Positions 1-12,747 of a DNA stretch of 64,000 nt are shown piece by piece (the stretch's first letter is position 1; every line of letters starts with the position of its first letter). The DNA comes from Octopus sinensis (taxonomy: Eukaryota): assembly GCF_006345805.1 (NCBI RefSeq), contig NC_043004.1, positions 47,368,001 through 47,432,000 of the forward strand, given 5' to 3'. A program made the position numbers and the translations under genes. The notes below the pieces were generated by a model, which saw only the letters and a program-made list of their open reading frames with translations, was not told the DNA's origin and ran no database searches.

Positions 1-319
1 ATAATCGAACCTAAAGAAACGACGAACCTAAAGAAACGAAGAGAAGAAAAAAGCTTGATACTGCAAGATGAATGAGTGAATAAAGTATTGAGTAAATAAA
101 TTGATAGGAATAATAGTGGTGATAAAAATAATTGTAATAAATTGTATAGCACATAGTAATATGAAACAGAAGTAGAGAACGGTAAACAAGCAATCGATGT
201 GCACAGAAAGGAAGGGCACTTTTGAAAATAAGATAGCGGACGATAATGTGGTGATAAAAGATGAGCTCAAGCCGTGTGACTGAATTTTTAGATACTACCT
301 TCAACCCAACATAATTGCA

Positions 320-739
320 GGATCTTTTCGGTTTGAACGGCAGTTTTTAACATAATTTCTAGGTAACTAAAATATTTTAAACTTCGTATACTGGTAGAAT
401 GTGTTTATAAAACATCTTTTTCTCTTGGCTTTATTGAGAAAATTCTATGGTTTGTAAGATATTTGGTAATTTTTTCTTCAATTTCTGCAATTTCAACCAA
501 TCACTAACGTCTATTCAGGTAAAAAAACATTCCGTGCCGTATGAATATGTCCCTCGTTTAAGAAACAGATTGAGTTTATTTACATTTGTGAAGAAAAAAG
601 ATACCCTCTCCCCTAACCCTAACTAATCCTAACCCTAAAACAGATTGAAATGCAATAGATCGATACTAGGGTCATAATTATAGGTGACAATTTCATATGA
701 CACCGCTAGAAAAAACTGCCGTTCAACCCGAAATGAACC
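320..739. mobile_element. MITE family 1, copy 1 (non-autonomous TIR DNA transposon with internal TAACCC hexamers)
   Basis: Starts GGATCTTTTCGGTTTGAACGGCAGTTTTT and ends AAAAACTGCCGTTCAACCCGAAATGAACC (~29-bp imperfect TIR). Colinear with copies at 17776-18204 and 32571-32989. No coding capacity. Confidence 0.85.
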
Positions 740-1514
740 TTATTGGATACTTCCAGATATTTAAGCGGAAATTTATGATCACCGAAAATATTTCAATGAC
801 AAAATTCCAGGACGCTGCGTTTCAAATAAACAAGGAATCATTGGAAAGCTCCAGTAAACGAAACGGTGCCCCGCTCTATAGTTATAGCCTTAAAAATACA
901 CCCATCTAACAAAACCAGTGTACGAATATGAAGGAAAATACTTGCTTTCACATCCATGGAACTCACACTACATTCATCAGGCTTCAGAGCTCTGCAATAA
1001 AGCTCTATAACACAGCCGAATCCGAAATAGAATAAAATGCTAAAGAGAAAAATCTAGGAGCAGTCCTAAAAATACCAAGATTAGAAATATTCTTATTAAC
1101 CACGATAAAGCACATCAGTAGATTAAAGTACTACAAACCATTCTGTTGAACATTTCCTTAATGACTATAAATTCCACATACTTTCAACAAAAACATCATT
1201 TAAGGGTTGTATATTCGATTGAAAAAAGTAGGTTTCATTTACAAACAAAATACAGAAATAGTCAATAAAGTACTGAAGCAGCTGAGAACGACGCACAATT
1301 ACACAAACGTAGAATTAGGCCCAATTAAATATAATAATCTTCAGAGAAACGCGAGGTTTTGCAAGTAAGACATAACGATTCAATATAATGCTTGCACAAA
1401 ATTCTGATGTTCATCTGCTACAGCTGCACTTATGCACACGCACACAAACATGCGCATGTTAGAGTATGTGTGTGCCTGTGGGTGTGTGTGCGTGTCTAGC
1501 TTTGTATGTGTGGG

Positions 1515-1548
<34 letters not shown>

Positions 1549-1565
1549 GTGTGTGTGTATATATA

Positions 1566-1974
1566 TACTCTTTTACTCTTTTACTTGTTTCAGTCATTTG
1601 ACTGTGGCCATGCTGGTGCACCGCCTTTAGTCGAATAGATCGACCCCAGGACTTATTCTTGGTAAGCCTAGTACTTATTCTATCGGTCTCTTTGGCCGAA
1701 ACGTTAAGTTATTGGGACGTAAACACACTTTCAAGCGATGTTGGGGGGACAAACACAGACATACAAACATGCACACACATACGCATATATATATATATAT
1801 ATACATATAAACGACGGTCTTCTCTTAGTTTCCGTCTACCAAATCCACTCACAAGGCATTGGTCGGCCCGTGGCTACAGTAGAAGTCACTTGACCCAGGT
1901 GCCACGCAGTGGGACTGAACCCGGAACCATGTGGTTCGTAAGCAAGGTACTTACCACAGAGCCATTCCTACGCC

Positions 1975-1975
<1 letters not shown>
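1566..1975 (-). mobile_element. tRNA-derived SINE family A (octopus-type), near full length
   Basis: Minus strand reads AGGCGTAGGAATGGCTCTGTGGTAAGTACC...GGTTCCGGGTTCAGTCCCACTGCGTGGCACC (tRNA-like A/B boxes), then an internal microsatellite, then the tail ...CAGTCAAATGACTGAAACAAGTAAAAGAGTAAAAGAGT. Other copies occur in the window. Confidence 0.85.
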
Positions 1976-2062
<87 letters not shown>

Positions 2063-2371
2063 CACTATTCTTATAAACGACGATACAACACATCAATAGA
2101 GTACTACAAACGTTCTGGTAAGCATTTCCTTAATGTCTATGAAATCCACAGAGTTGTACATATGACTAACCTGTGACTATGCGATAAATAAGTTAGTTTT
2201 GGAGTCATTTGGTGTATTCTAGCATTTGGTGCTACTCAATATTTTCCTTTATTATAATTATATGTATAAAGTTAAATAATTTGTATTAAATCTCACCTAA
2301 ATGACTTTTTACGTGTGAGATACTTGCTCAAATCCTATGCATATTTTAACCTCGATTACAATTATATATTG

Positions 2372-2409
<38 letters not shown>

Positions 2410-2649
2410 GCCAAATATATACGTTTTATTTATTTTTTTGCACATTACTTAATCATTGGTATATGTTTTATCCTATATTTTATCTTTCTATAAGTTGTAA
2501 TTATTCCAAATGATATAATTTAATTTTTTCATTATTTAATTGATAAAGGGTGTTTTTTTTGTTCTAATATATATATAAATATACTCCATAAAAAATATAT
2601 AGGAGGGAAAGCATCTATGGAAGACTCATAGTATAATAACTTTATATAA

Positions 2650-3030
2650 TACTAGCAGTATCGCCCGGCGTTGCTCAGGTTTGTAAGGGAAATAACTATA
2701 AAGCATTTTTAGAGAGTTATAGCCAAAAAATAGCAAAAAAATGAAAAACAAAATTATGGTAAATTTTTTTTTTGAGAGTTAAAAAAGGTCGAGTTGCGTC
2801 CCCTAGACAGTCTGTGGTTTGTGTTTCTGATTCTCGACCCCATGTCGAATTTATCGATTTTTTTCAGAACTGGGGGAACTTTTCAAAATTTTCGCTGCGT
2901 TAGTTTTGAATTATGACATTGGGCTATGTGTGTGTTACGTTTCATCAGAATCGGTTGAAAGCCGTGGTCAGGGTGAGGGTACAACCAAACAGACACACAC
3001 AGACAAACTGCCGTTTATATAGAGAGAGAT
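2650..3030 (+). mobile_element. Non-autonomous Helitron-type element (Lep1/DINE-like architecture)
   Basis: 5' TACTAGCAGTATCGCCCGGCGTTGC, a subterminal CAGACACACACAGACAAAC microsatellite and a 3' TTTATATAGAGAGAGAT end. The same 5' end occurs on the minus strand at ~50086. Confidence 0.6.
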
Positions 3031-3034
3031 ATAT

Positions 3035-3386
3035 CATAATGACATTTATTCTCCGATCTAAAGAGACAATTTTTTTTTTAAATATGAACAAATGACCGAA
3101 AAATAATGAGCTAACTTCACGCTGAATCGAACTCACAAATCGACGCTTTCATGGCTCCTTGTGAATCTGATTGGCCAAACGCTTACGCATCAACACAGCT
3201 TAAGTATATATTAACTAAATTTAACCGAAATTGATGGATGAATCTTTGGCCAATAAGATTCACAATGGGCCATGAGAGTTTCGATATATGGGTTCGATTC
3301 CACTTGCGGTTAGCGCATCATTTTTCGGTCATTTGTTTGTATTTTAAAAAATCGGCGCTTCAAATCGGCGAATAAATAACATTATG
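3035..3386. mobile_element. Fold-back MITE with ~150-bp degenerate TIRs
   Basis: CATAATGACATTTATTCTCCGATC...ACAAATGACCGAAAAAT...GAATCGAAC...TTGTGAATCTGATTGGCCAAA is mirrored by TTTGGCCAATAAGATTCACAA...GGTTCGATTC...ATTTTTCGGTCATTTGT...ATCGGCGAATAAATAACATTATG. Confidence 0.75.
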
Positions 3387-4120
3387 CAGGAGATGTGCTG
3401 AAAAATCTTTGTTTTTACTGAATAGCGACATTGTACATGACATTTTCTAAAAGTTCAACCTCTCAGGAAGTACACTAGAACCATAGCTACTTGTAAGATG
3501 AGATTAAAATCCTACATTTAACTAGCGATATAAATTGTTTCACTGTATCAAACAAACAGCGAATCTGATTTTCCTATATAAATCTTCAAATAAATGGTTC
3601 ACACTACATGAATTCTGATGACTGAAAAATGCACAGACAAGAGATATCGGGATGGGTGTAATATTTGAATAGCTTAACAGTAGAATAACAATGAAAAGAT
3701 GGATAAACAGTGGTAAAAAGAACAAAAACTATATAAGACAACAGTAACAACGATTAAATAAGCTACAATAAGAATACAGAAGATCTATGTGTGGACGGAT
3801 TCTATAACTCACAGCTGTACATTGTTAAAATACCGCCATATCAAATAAATATTATCATTAAAACGTGTACTGAATCTATTTGTGTCCGAGCCTCTGTTTG
3901 AGTTTGTATGTATTTGTATACCAATGCGTGTAAGCTGGCACAATAGATGTCTATATATATAATTACGCTTACATGAATGAAGTTCTACGCGTATATAAAA
4001 GTGCGCATATCACTCACTGTGATTTGAATCGTAGGTGTAGTTATTTTTCAATACGTGAGGATGCTTTAGCCACACTACTTCTCATTCTCGCCGACTTCCT
4101 CTCCCTCTCTCTATCCCTCC

Positions 4121-4212
<92 letters not shown>

Positions 4213-4308
4213 GCGTGTGTGTATTGTGTCTGTGTGTTTCTGTGTTTCTGTGTGTGTAAATATATGCATGTGTATATATATGTATCTCTATCTATCTATT
4301 TATCTATA

Positions 4309-4376
<68 letters not shown>

Positions 4377-4494
4377 ATTATATATATATATTATATATAT
4401 ATATATGTCTGTGTGTGTATGTATATATATATATATTAACGCATATGTATTTACATTTGTCTATATATAAATTTTTATATATACATATATCAAT

Positions 4495-4525
<31 letters not shown>

Positions 4526-6614
4526 CATATGCATATGTCACACACATAGTGTGGGCTGGTGTCTCAATGTGTGTAGCCACGATTAATTGTATTTACACCT
4601 GTCTTTGAAAAGTTATTCGATCATGTAATTATTCCTATAGTTAGGTACACATATGCATGCATATACATGCACATACACACACATTTATACATGCGCACAT
4701 ATACAATATGTGTCCGTGCGTGCGTGTGTGAAAGTGCTGTTGCAGTAGATATGTGAATAAGCCTCTGCGTGTATTCACTGCTTTATGCACATGTTGATAT
4801 ATTATTTGAATATGCAATTCTATTACTGTGTCTCCAGTTTCGCCGTTGTGTGCGTGTACATGTGAATATATGTGTGAATATATTGTCACTAGTATGTAAA
4901 ACTATGTACTAGAAATAAATAGTATGAAGGAAAGAAGAACAAAATGTCGTGTCTACTTCACTGCACATCGTCTGCTATCGGAATTCCAGCCTCGTGATAA
5001 TTTCTTCTCTGATAAGCTCACATTTCCGTTTAAACTGGAACTGCGTTTCTTCTTTCTCACAATTATTGTAGTTTAAATAGACCAATGAGTTGCTGATTTG
5101 GTATGAATGTATAGTACAAAATATACGTTAGTAAGTATTCATATGGAATTATTATGTAGATATGCGCACTCATTTGCACATAGTCAACCAGACAAATTTG
5201 TTTGGGAAATTTCCGTGTTGATGCTATAAATAATTATGTATCATACACACGCAGACACACACAACCATGTGTGTATAAGACAAAATTCTTTCATGCATAT
5301 ATGTGAACTTGCTTTTACGCGTGTGTGCTAATTGCTTTGAGATGTAGAAACTTTAGATAATCCCGATCGAGTTCCGTGAACGTCAGACTATTTCCTGTCT
5401 TCCCATTCTGCTGGCACTTACAAGTGAACTATGAAGTGAATGTACGATAATTTTATCTAAAATATACCATATTTCCTACTACAGTTATTTTACATGTATT
5501 TGATACTGAGTTCATAATTCATATGCATTTAAAACATAACGTGGTTAAATGCCTTCTCTGTGCTGATGTAATGATGAATCTATGAGAGCAGAGAATAGGG
5601 GAAGATTTTGCTTAATCCCTATAATAGAGAATTTATCCTTTTGTAGAATCTTTACTTCATCGAATGCGACTAAAAATTTCACACAGTCATATCGACACTT
5701 CTGACTAGATTTGGACTAATTTCAAGTGAACGAACAGTATCCATTTGAACAGAAAAAAATATTATACACGCACATAACACACACACATAAACAGACAGGT
5801 ATATATATGTGTGTGTATGTGCGTGTTTATGTGCCTTTGTGTGTGTATGTGCCTTTGTGTATGCGTGTGCATGTGTGTGTGCTCCCGTGCGTATGTTGTG
5901 AACCCAAAATTTACAATAAAATCATAAGTACACGATTTAGCCAATGAGGTAATAGCTTATCATTGATGGAAATTGCAATCGCCTTAAATTTTAGAACGTT
6001 AGTCCTTCAATAGAAAATGAGAGCAACAGAGTAAGACTGCGAAAGAGGATTAATAAGATAAAATGGTTGAAGGTTAGGAATAATATCGGAATGTTCTATG
6101 GAGTGTAATGTAAAATTAGGTAGGGAGAACGCGTAATTGCAGATGCGATTATAGACTAATATCCATGCGAAAAAGTGGACATAAGGCGGAAAGTTGCATA
6201 TGTGTATTTTTCTTGTGAATGTATATTTGTATAGGTATGCAAGTATGAATATGTAGCGGCGCAGGTTATTGGGATACTTTGGTGTTTATTTGTTATTATT
6301 ACGACGGTGGTATGAAAAACGCTTACCTGAAGAGTGGTGTATGGGGAGCGTGCAATAGAAAAATATATATTGGCTAAGCAAATGAGATAACTGGAACAAT
6401 GAATAGATGTGTACGCAAATAAATAACCAAATTAAGTTGAAGTGCCTAAAAGTTTTGACGAGGGATAGTGGAGTTTAGACTAAAGTGTATAAGACAGAGA
6501 AATATAGAGTAAATATATGGAATTTAGGAAGAAAGGAAATGTACAAACTGAGGTAAAACATTGTACAACAATGGTTAAATGTCCAGAGAGCAGCATAGAT
6601 TGGACATACATATA

Positions 6615-6651
<37 letters not shown>

Positions 6652-6666
6652 GTATATACATATATG

Positions 6667-6711
<45 letters not shown>

Positions 6712-6733
6712 GTATATAAATATATGTATATAC

Positions 6734-6772
<39 letters not shown>

Positions 6773-6784
6773 GATATATATACG

Positions 6785-6815
<31 letters not shown>

Positions 6816-6821
6816 ATATAT

Positions 6822-6853
<32 letters not shown>

Positions 6854-7724
6854 CAGCTATGCAATTGTTTGCCTCTTGGCACAGCTATGTATACAATAAA
6901 GAAACAGAGCCAAAGAGACAAGCATGGAAGATACCCCCTAATGTTACGTTTATGAAGCCTCTAATGGGTCATTGCAGAAACTTCACCTCGGCACGTGTTT
7001 AACTCCGTAGCAAAAAGCTGGAGCAAATGTCGAAAAGCTTTCTATCCCTGCAAATCTATAACTACTCTGTCAATTTTCCTCTGTCTATACTGTAGTAATA
7101 ATGTTAAGAATATATTTACAGATTTATAACATAAAACAATAGATGGCGCACTAATATCATTAAATAAGATGTGTGCAGTTATGTCGCACTAATTCTTAAT
7201 ACAAATGCTTAACATCAAATACAGAACAGGAATCTGCACATTCTATTACATCTTTGAAATATTCGTTATGAAATTACCAGCTATACAAATTACTTCAATT
7301 TCCTATATGAAAACAAATAATGCGATCTTATATTATCTTACCTTTCATCTGATTCATCTGCATAAATAACATTTATTCCCCGTGACATAACTATAATTGA
7401 TATTAATATACTAATACACAACGAATATATATACAAACCTTGCGAGGTGGAATATAATGATGACCTGCAACAAATTTCATCGCATGTGAAGCATTCATTG
7501 TATAACTAATAAAGAAGCTAAATTCTTAAGTGAATATTACGCGCATCATTAGGTGTTCCAGAGCCTTGTGTAGTTGTTTCTATCTATGGAAGCGAGGTGC
7601 TAATTAAGGGCATTAAGATATAAGTGAAATACAAAAACAATTGGAATGTAGTGAAATGCAGATATATATGAATGTATGTATATTTCTATCTATATATATA
7701 TATATATATCTACCTATCTATTTT

Positions 7725-7830
<106 letters not shown>

Positions 7831-7942
7831 AATAACGCATTTCCTTTCCTTGTTGGTTGTTCGCAGAACGACTACGTTGTAAATTTTGATGACATTAATG
7901 CACTGTTCAAACTAAAAATAACGAAAATTAATATATTTATAC

Positions 7943-7979
<37 letters not shown>

Positions 7980-8148
7980 AATAGAGGAATTTATCTGTAA
8001 ATGTAATATGTAACAATTAATCGGTAGCCATGATAAAATTGAGTTTTGGATGTCATGGCGACCGAATTAAATTTCCACATAAATTTCCTATTTACATAAT
8101 ATCGAGGTCTCTTTTATTCTTTTGCTTTCTTAGCATTTATATCAATAC

Positions 8149-8193
<45 letters not shown>

Positions 8194-8359
8194 ATATAAT
8201 ATATATATATAATATTATTCGAGACAAAACCACTATTTTGCAAAACAAACAAGGAAAGACTTAATCAATACAATATTTTATAATATTTTACTATAAAATC
8301 GATTTAATCCTAAATCTGATTTTTTCCCTGTAAATTTGGATTTATTCCCTAATATTTAT

Positions 8360-8405
<46 letters not shown>

Positions 8406-8407
8406 CG

Positions 8408-8475
<68 letters not shown>

Positions 8476-8529
8476 CACATATATGTACATTTATACATGG
8501 TCTATATTTTAGAGATGATCAATTCTGTA

Positions 8530-8665
8530 TATTTTTACAGTGGATGGATATGTGTTCCCGACTTGTTTGTGGTTGCCACAACATTTCCGCTGATTTACTC
8601 TCTAGTCTTCAGGTGTCCTGGTAGAATTTTGTACCCCATTCCTCGGTTCTCATTCCTGAGGCTTT
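8530..8665 (-). repeat. Dispersed repeat, probably a Penelope-type terminus, with a decayed hammerhead-like motif
   Basis: Shares ACAACATTTC(C/G)GCT...TCAGGT(G/A)TC...GGTTCTCATTCC with 34660-34800. Minus strand reads ACAC-CTGAAGA...GAAATGTT-GTGG. Confidence 0.55.
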
Positions 8666-8698
8666 TTTTACTGATGTTATTATTATTATTATCATCAT

Positions 8699-8853
8699 TC
8701 AGTAGTATATTTTTTATAGCGTGCTATCACTTCAATACCGAGCGCAGCTCTGTGTGCCTTGGGTATGTGCTGTGAGTTGTTGTGATGCTCTGATGGTTAC
8801 TGTATGGAAAGTGTTCTGCGTAGGATGTATGCAGAGCCTAGTAGTGCAATTTT
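8699..8853 (-). mobile_element. 5'-truncated R4/Dong LINE, 3' end only
   Basis: Nearly identical to 42661-42815 (TCAGTAG..TATAGCGTGCT..ACCGAGCGCAGCTCTGTGTGCCTTGGGTATGTGCTGTGA..CTAGTAGTGCAATTTT). Abuts an (ATT)n tract at its 3' end. Confidence 0.9.
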
Positions 8854-9092
8854 ACACCTAACATACAGAGATGACATATTATCGGTAAGGAAATTTGAGA
8901 AAATTGAAACGGATATATGAAACCGGTCATTTCTTCAAGGACAATGTACACAATTTTATAACGATTTCAACATATTCTATAACAATGTATCTCAAACCTT
9001 CTTTAGTTTTTCACACTATTTTCTCTTTTATTCATCCGGCCATGTGCTTTCATATGCGAAATTTCTCTCACACATATATATGTAAAATTATA

Positions 9093-9132
<40 letters not shown>

Positions 9133-9264
9133 CATATATATGTGTATGTATATATGAACATATATACGTGTATATATATGTACATATATATGTGTATATA
9201 TATGTATATATATATATATTGGTATATGTATATATGTGTGTGTGTGTGTGTGTTTGTGTTTGTG

Positions 9265-9312
<48 letters not shown>

Positions 9313-9383
9313 ATGTATATATTTGTACATATATGTATGTATGTATTTATGTGTATGTAGGTATATATGAATATATGTGTGTA

Positions 9384-9447
<64 letters not shown>

Positions 9448-9509
9448 ACCGTCACCGTGATCGGATAGTTGTTACATCGCTGTTCACTATGCGCTTCGCA
9501 TTATTTTAG

Positions 9510-9745
9510 CCTACAAATGACGCCACTCAGCTGGCCAAGTGAGCACGCCAACAGAAGGAAGAGTGAGATAAAGTTGTGGCGAAAGAGTACTGCAGGGGTC
9601 GCCACACCCCACCCCCGCTGCCAGAGCCTCCTAGAGCTTTAAGTGTTTTTGCTCAATAAACACTCACAACGCCCGGTCTCGGAATCGAAACCGCTATCCT
9701 ACGATCGCGAGTCCGCTGCCCTAAGCGCTGGGCCATTGCACCTCC
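9510..9745 (-). mobile_element. tRNA-derived SINE family C
   Basis: Minus strand reads GGAGGTGCAATGGCCCAGCGCTTAGGGCAGCGGACTCGCGATCGTAGGATAGCGGTTTCGATTCCGAGACCGGGCGTTGTGAGTGTTTATTGAGC. Homologous to 20082-20400. Confidence 0.85.
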
Positions 9746-10089
9746 ACACACATACACATAAATATATATATATGTGTGTGTGTGTGAGTGTGTGTATATA
9801 TTCATATGTATATACATATATTTATATATGTATATATAAGTATGCATATATATATATGTATATATGTATATATATGTACATATATATCTCTATATATTTT
9901 TGTATATATATATGCATATATGTGTATATATAGGGGAAGAAAATGGATATAACAGGAAACTCGTGGTTTTCGCTGGTATGTCTTTAATTAATTAGGTAAC
10001 AAGGTAGGAAGAAGCATAGATGAAGCTAGTAATCACAAACAAGGAGGGAAGCTTCTATACTAGAAAAACAACACAAAAATAAACAAAAT

Positions 10090-10745
10090 AGTGATAATAT
10101 CTGTCTCGCAATTCCCTACACCGTGCACCTCAAAACATATATAGTTCGTTCATTAATGAAAATCATAGACAAACACCTAAACGTTAAGAATAAATGCACA
10201 TAATTATTCAGGAATAAAATCAGAATAGGCCACAGTCTGACTAATAAATTAGCCACAATAATAGCCTCGATGAATAATAAAATCTTGACAAAGTCTACGA
10301 AACAAGAAACATTGTAAACAATAAAAATAATAAGGAACCAACTAATAGAACTAAGCTCCCCCCCCCACTAACGCAACGCCTCCTGTTGACTTAGACCTGA
10401 TTAATAATTGCCTTCCACAATACAACACGGCCGTAGATACACTTAATTATTTATGCGGCAGCAGGGATAGAACAAAGTGCCACTTCACAAATAACGTATT
10501 TTACCAATGTGACGTCCGCACAAACAACGAGACGAAATCATGCATACGGGCAACTAAGAACCAAATGATTATATAATGGGCAACGTTCGAGCTTCAGAAG
10601 TAGAAATAACACTAACTCAACATTTGGGAACTTAAATATAAAAAAATAGATTTTAGTTTAAACTGGGGTAAACTCACAAGAACAACCTCGTACAACACCG
10701 CAAATAGACGCTGCGATCTCTGCCTATCAGAACTTGTAACTCATA
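10090..10745 (+). mobile_element. Degenerate Penelope-like element fragment (RT-EN linker and GIY-YIG endonuclease)
   Basis: Manual translation gives PYTVHLKTYIVRSLMKIIDKHL...RIGHS..LATIIASMNNKIL, NNVFYQCDV, RSSFRSRNNTNST and TANRRCDLCLSE. These are typical Penelope linker/GIY-YIG motifs, broken by stops and frameshifts. Confidence 0.65.
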
Positions 10746-10799
10746 GTTGTTACAACTAAGATGTTGTTGGTACAACAACTTCTTGGAGATTTTTAGGTA

Positions 10800-11050
10800 A
10801 AATTATATTAATATATCCAAATTTAATTAAATTCTATGTCTTGGTGCAGCGAAAGATTGCTCAACATTTTAAATTGATGTAATGAAATGATTGCATTTTT
10901 CAATTAAATGGAGTCGCCTGAAACTATCGTACTGTATTACCTCTGGATATCCTGGTTCCTAATTTTGATTTAATCCCCTTATTTTGAAATTGTATGTATA
11001 ATACCGTACTAAATTCTGGGGCCTCAAGGTAAGTACTTTATTCATCTGTA
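10800..11050 (+). repeat. Unclassified dispersed repeat (also at 27229-27385 minus, 28214-28350 and 28610-28745 plus)
   Basis: Shares CAATTAAATGGAG(T/C)CGC(C/T)TGAAAC with 28214-28350 and CTGGATATCC..TTGTATGTATAATACCGTACTAAATTCTGG.GCCTCAA with 28610-28745. Confidence 0.7.
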
Positions 11051-11110
11051 TCTATATGTATGTTTATGTATACATACGTAATACATACACACACACACAC
11101 ACACATATAC

Positions 11111-11142
<32 letters not shown>

Positions 11143-11165
11143 ATGTAAGTATGTATGTATGTATG

Positions 11166-11196
<31 letters not shown>

Positions 11197-11243
11197 TGTA
11201 TGTATGTATGTATAGTTAAGGTGTGTTCTGTTAAGAATGTATT

Positions 11244-11309
11244 AGGGTACCACCTGAGGAGATACATAGCGATCTTCTTATACAAGTAAATCGTTAAATA
11301 ATTTAATTT

Positions 11310-11360
<51 letters not shown>

Positions 11361-11544
11361 GGAAAAATAATAAGTAAAAGAGTCAAAAGGAAGAGAAAGT
11401 ACGGTCAGGCAGCTTTTTAATCATTACAAATGTTTCGATACATACAGATCCTCGTTTATAGAGTATTTAAAGATAAATTTAAATTAAATTATTTAACGAT
11501 TTACTTGTATAAGAAAATCGCTATGTATCTCCTCAAGGTACCCT
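11244..11544. repeat. ~70-bp inverted repeat pair (11244-11314 / 11476-11544) around an (AT)n tract and a ~110-bp spacer
   Basis: GAGGAGATACATAGCGATCTTCTTATACAAGTAAATCGTTAAATAATTTAATTTAAATT is mirrored by AATTTAAATTAAATTATTTAACGATTTACTTGTATAAGAAAATCGCTATGTATCTCCTC. Confidence 0.9.
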
Positions 11545-11777
11545 TAGTAAATACATATTAGATAAGTATATTAGATAAGTATATCCCTATATTAATTAAT
11601 AAATTAAAACTTAGCTTATGGTCCAATTCTAATCCAACATCTGCTTCTCCAGATTGTAAAGTTACTCGTTATAGGAATAATGATTTCAATTGTAATAGTG
11701 CCAGCAACCCTGTACATAAAAAATATATTCTTTACGGACTAGGGGAGGTAAGCGCCATGCAAAACCCAAATTTCTAA

Positions 11778-12747
11778 CCCAGAAATTTTCCCCTTACTAT
11801 CACAAATAACACTAAGAACAATTCAAAGGCCACAAAAAACTTTATCTGGTTCGTAATATCTTTCGGAAAACAAATTAAATCGAACCTTCCCTTACAGTTC
11901 CCTCAAGCCGTTGCTAGGAACTTTCCCAGAAATTCTAGATATCATTCTATTATCAATTCCCACAAAGTCAGAATCGCTTTCTCTAACACTAAGAATCTTT
12001 CCCAAATTATATCTTCCCACAATACCAAGCTGCTAAACAAATATTCTTCACCCGGGAGTTCCAACACTAATCTTGCTAATTCCAACCCATCATACAATCA
12101 TAATAATAGCAATAGTATTAATAGTACCAGCATTAGTAGCAGCGAAAGTGTTAACAATGATAATATTAATAATAGTATTAATCGTGTTAATAACAATGGT
12201 AGTTTTGATGGTAACAACAATAACGGTATTATTGTCGGTGGTATTACTGGTTGTAATACCGTTAATAATACTACTAATAATAGAAATAGTGTAGTTATTA
12301 GCGCTAATAATAATAGTAACAGCAATCATAACAATAAAAACTTCGTTTCGATCTCGGAGGACAACCCCAACAGAATTAAATATTTGTCTAGTAATTCTAA
12401 GATTAAGAATTCTATTTACCAGTGTATAATTTCTTCCGGTACCGATGTCCAATTCCCAGTTATTCAAGAGAATTTCAAACCACTATTCAACATTCAGGGA
12501 TAGTAAAAAACGACATAGTACAGGGCTAAGTAAATTAGTTTGGCGTCTTAAAGACAACAATATAATTTTCAAATTAGATTGGTTCATACTGTCTGTATCC
12601 TTTCCTTTTGATAAGGGCAGGAGATTTCGTAACATTTGTAACTCTGAACACTTTCTTTTCTCTAAGATTCCCCTAGTAAAAACACTCATAGAAAAATCAT
12701 ACAAATGTAAACACTGGCGGAAAGACACTTTCTACTCATATAAATGA
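11778..12747 (+). pseudogene. Penelope-like element ORF remnant: RT-EN linker, Asn/Ser-rich insert and GIY-YIG endonuclease
   Basis: Stop-to-stop open frame 11778-12503 (no start codon, so absent from the ORF track): KNFIWFVISFGKQIKSNL...YHSIINSHKVRIAFSNTKNLSQIISSHNTKLL, then an N/S-rich stretch, then KNSIYQCIIS. A frameshift leads to FKRISNHYSTFRDSKKRHSTGLSKLVWRLK...DWFIL...NICNSE (12445-12747 ORF). Confidence 0.75.

Noticed and set aside
610-640. Telomere or telomere-fusion site
   Set aside because: Only a few CCCTAA units are present, and they are internal to a MITE that occurs three times in the window.
4950-5095. Possible minus-strand terminal exon (NSLVYLNYNNCEKEETQFQFKRKCELIREEIITRLEFR*)
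   Set aside because: The acceptor is weak, there is no recognisable homology, and no partner exons were identified.
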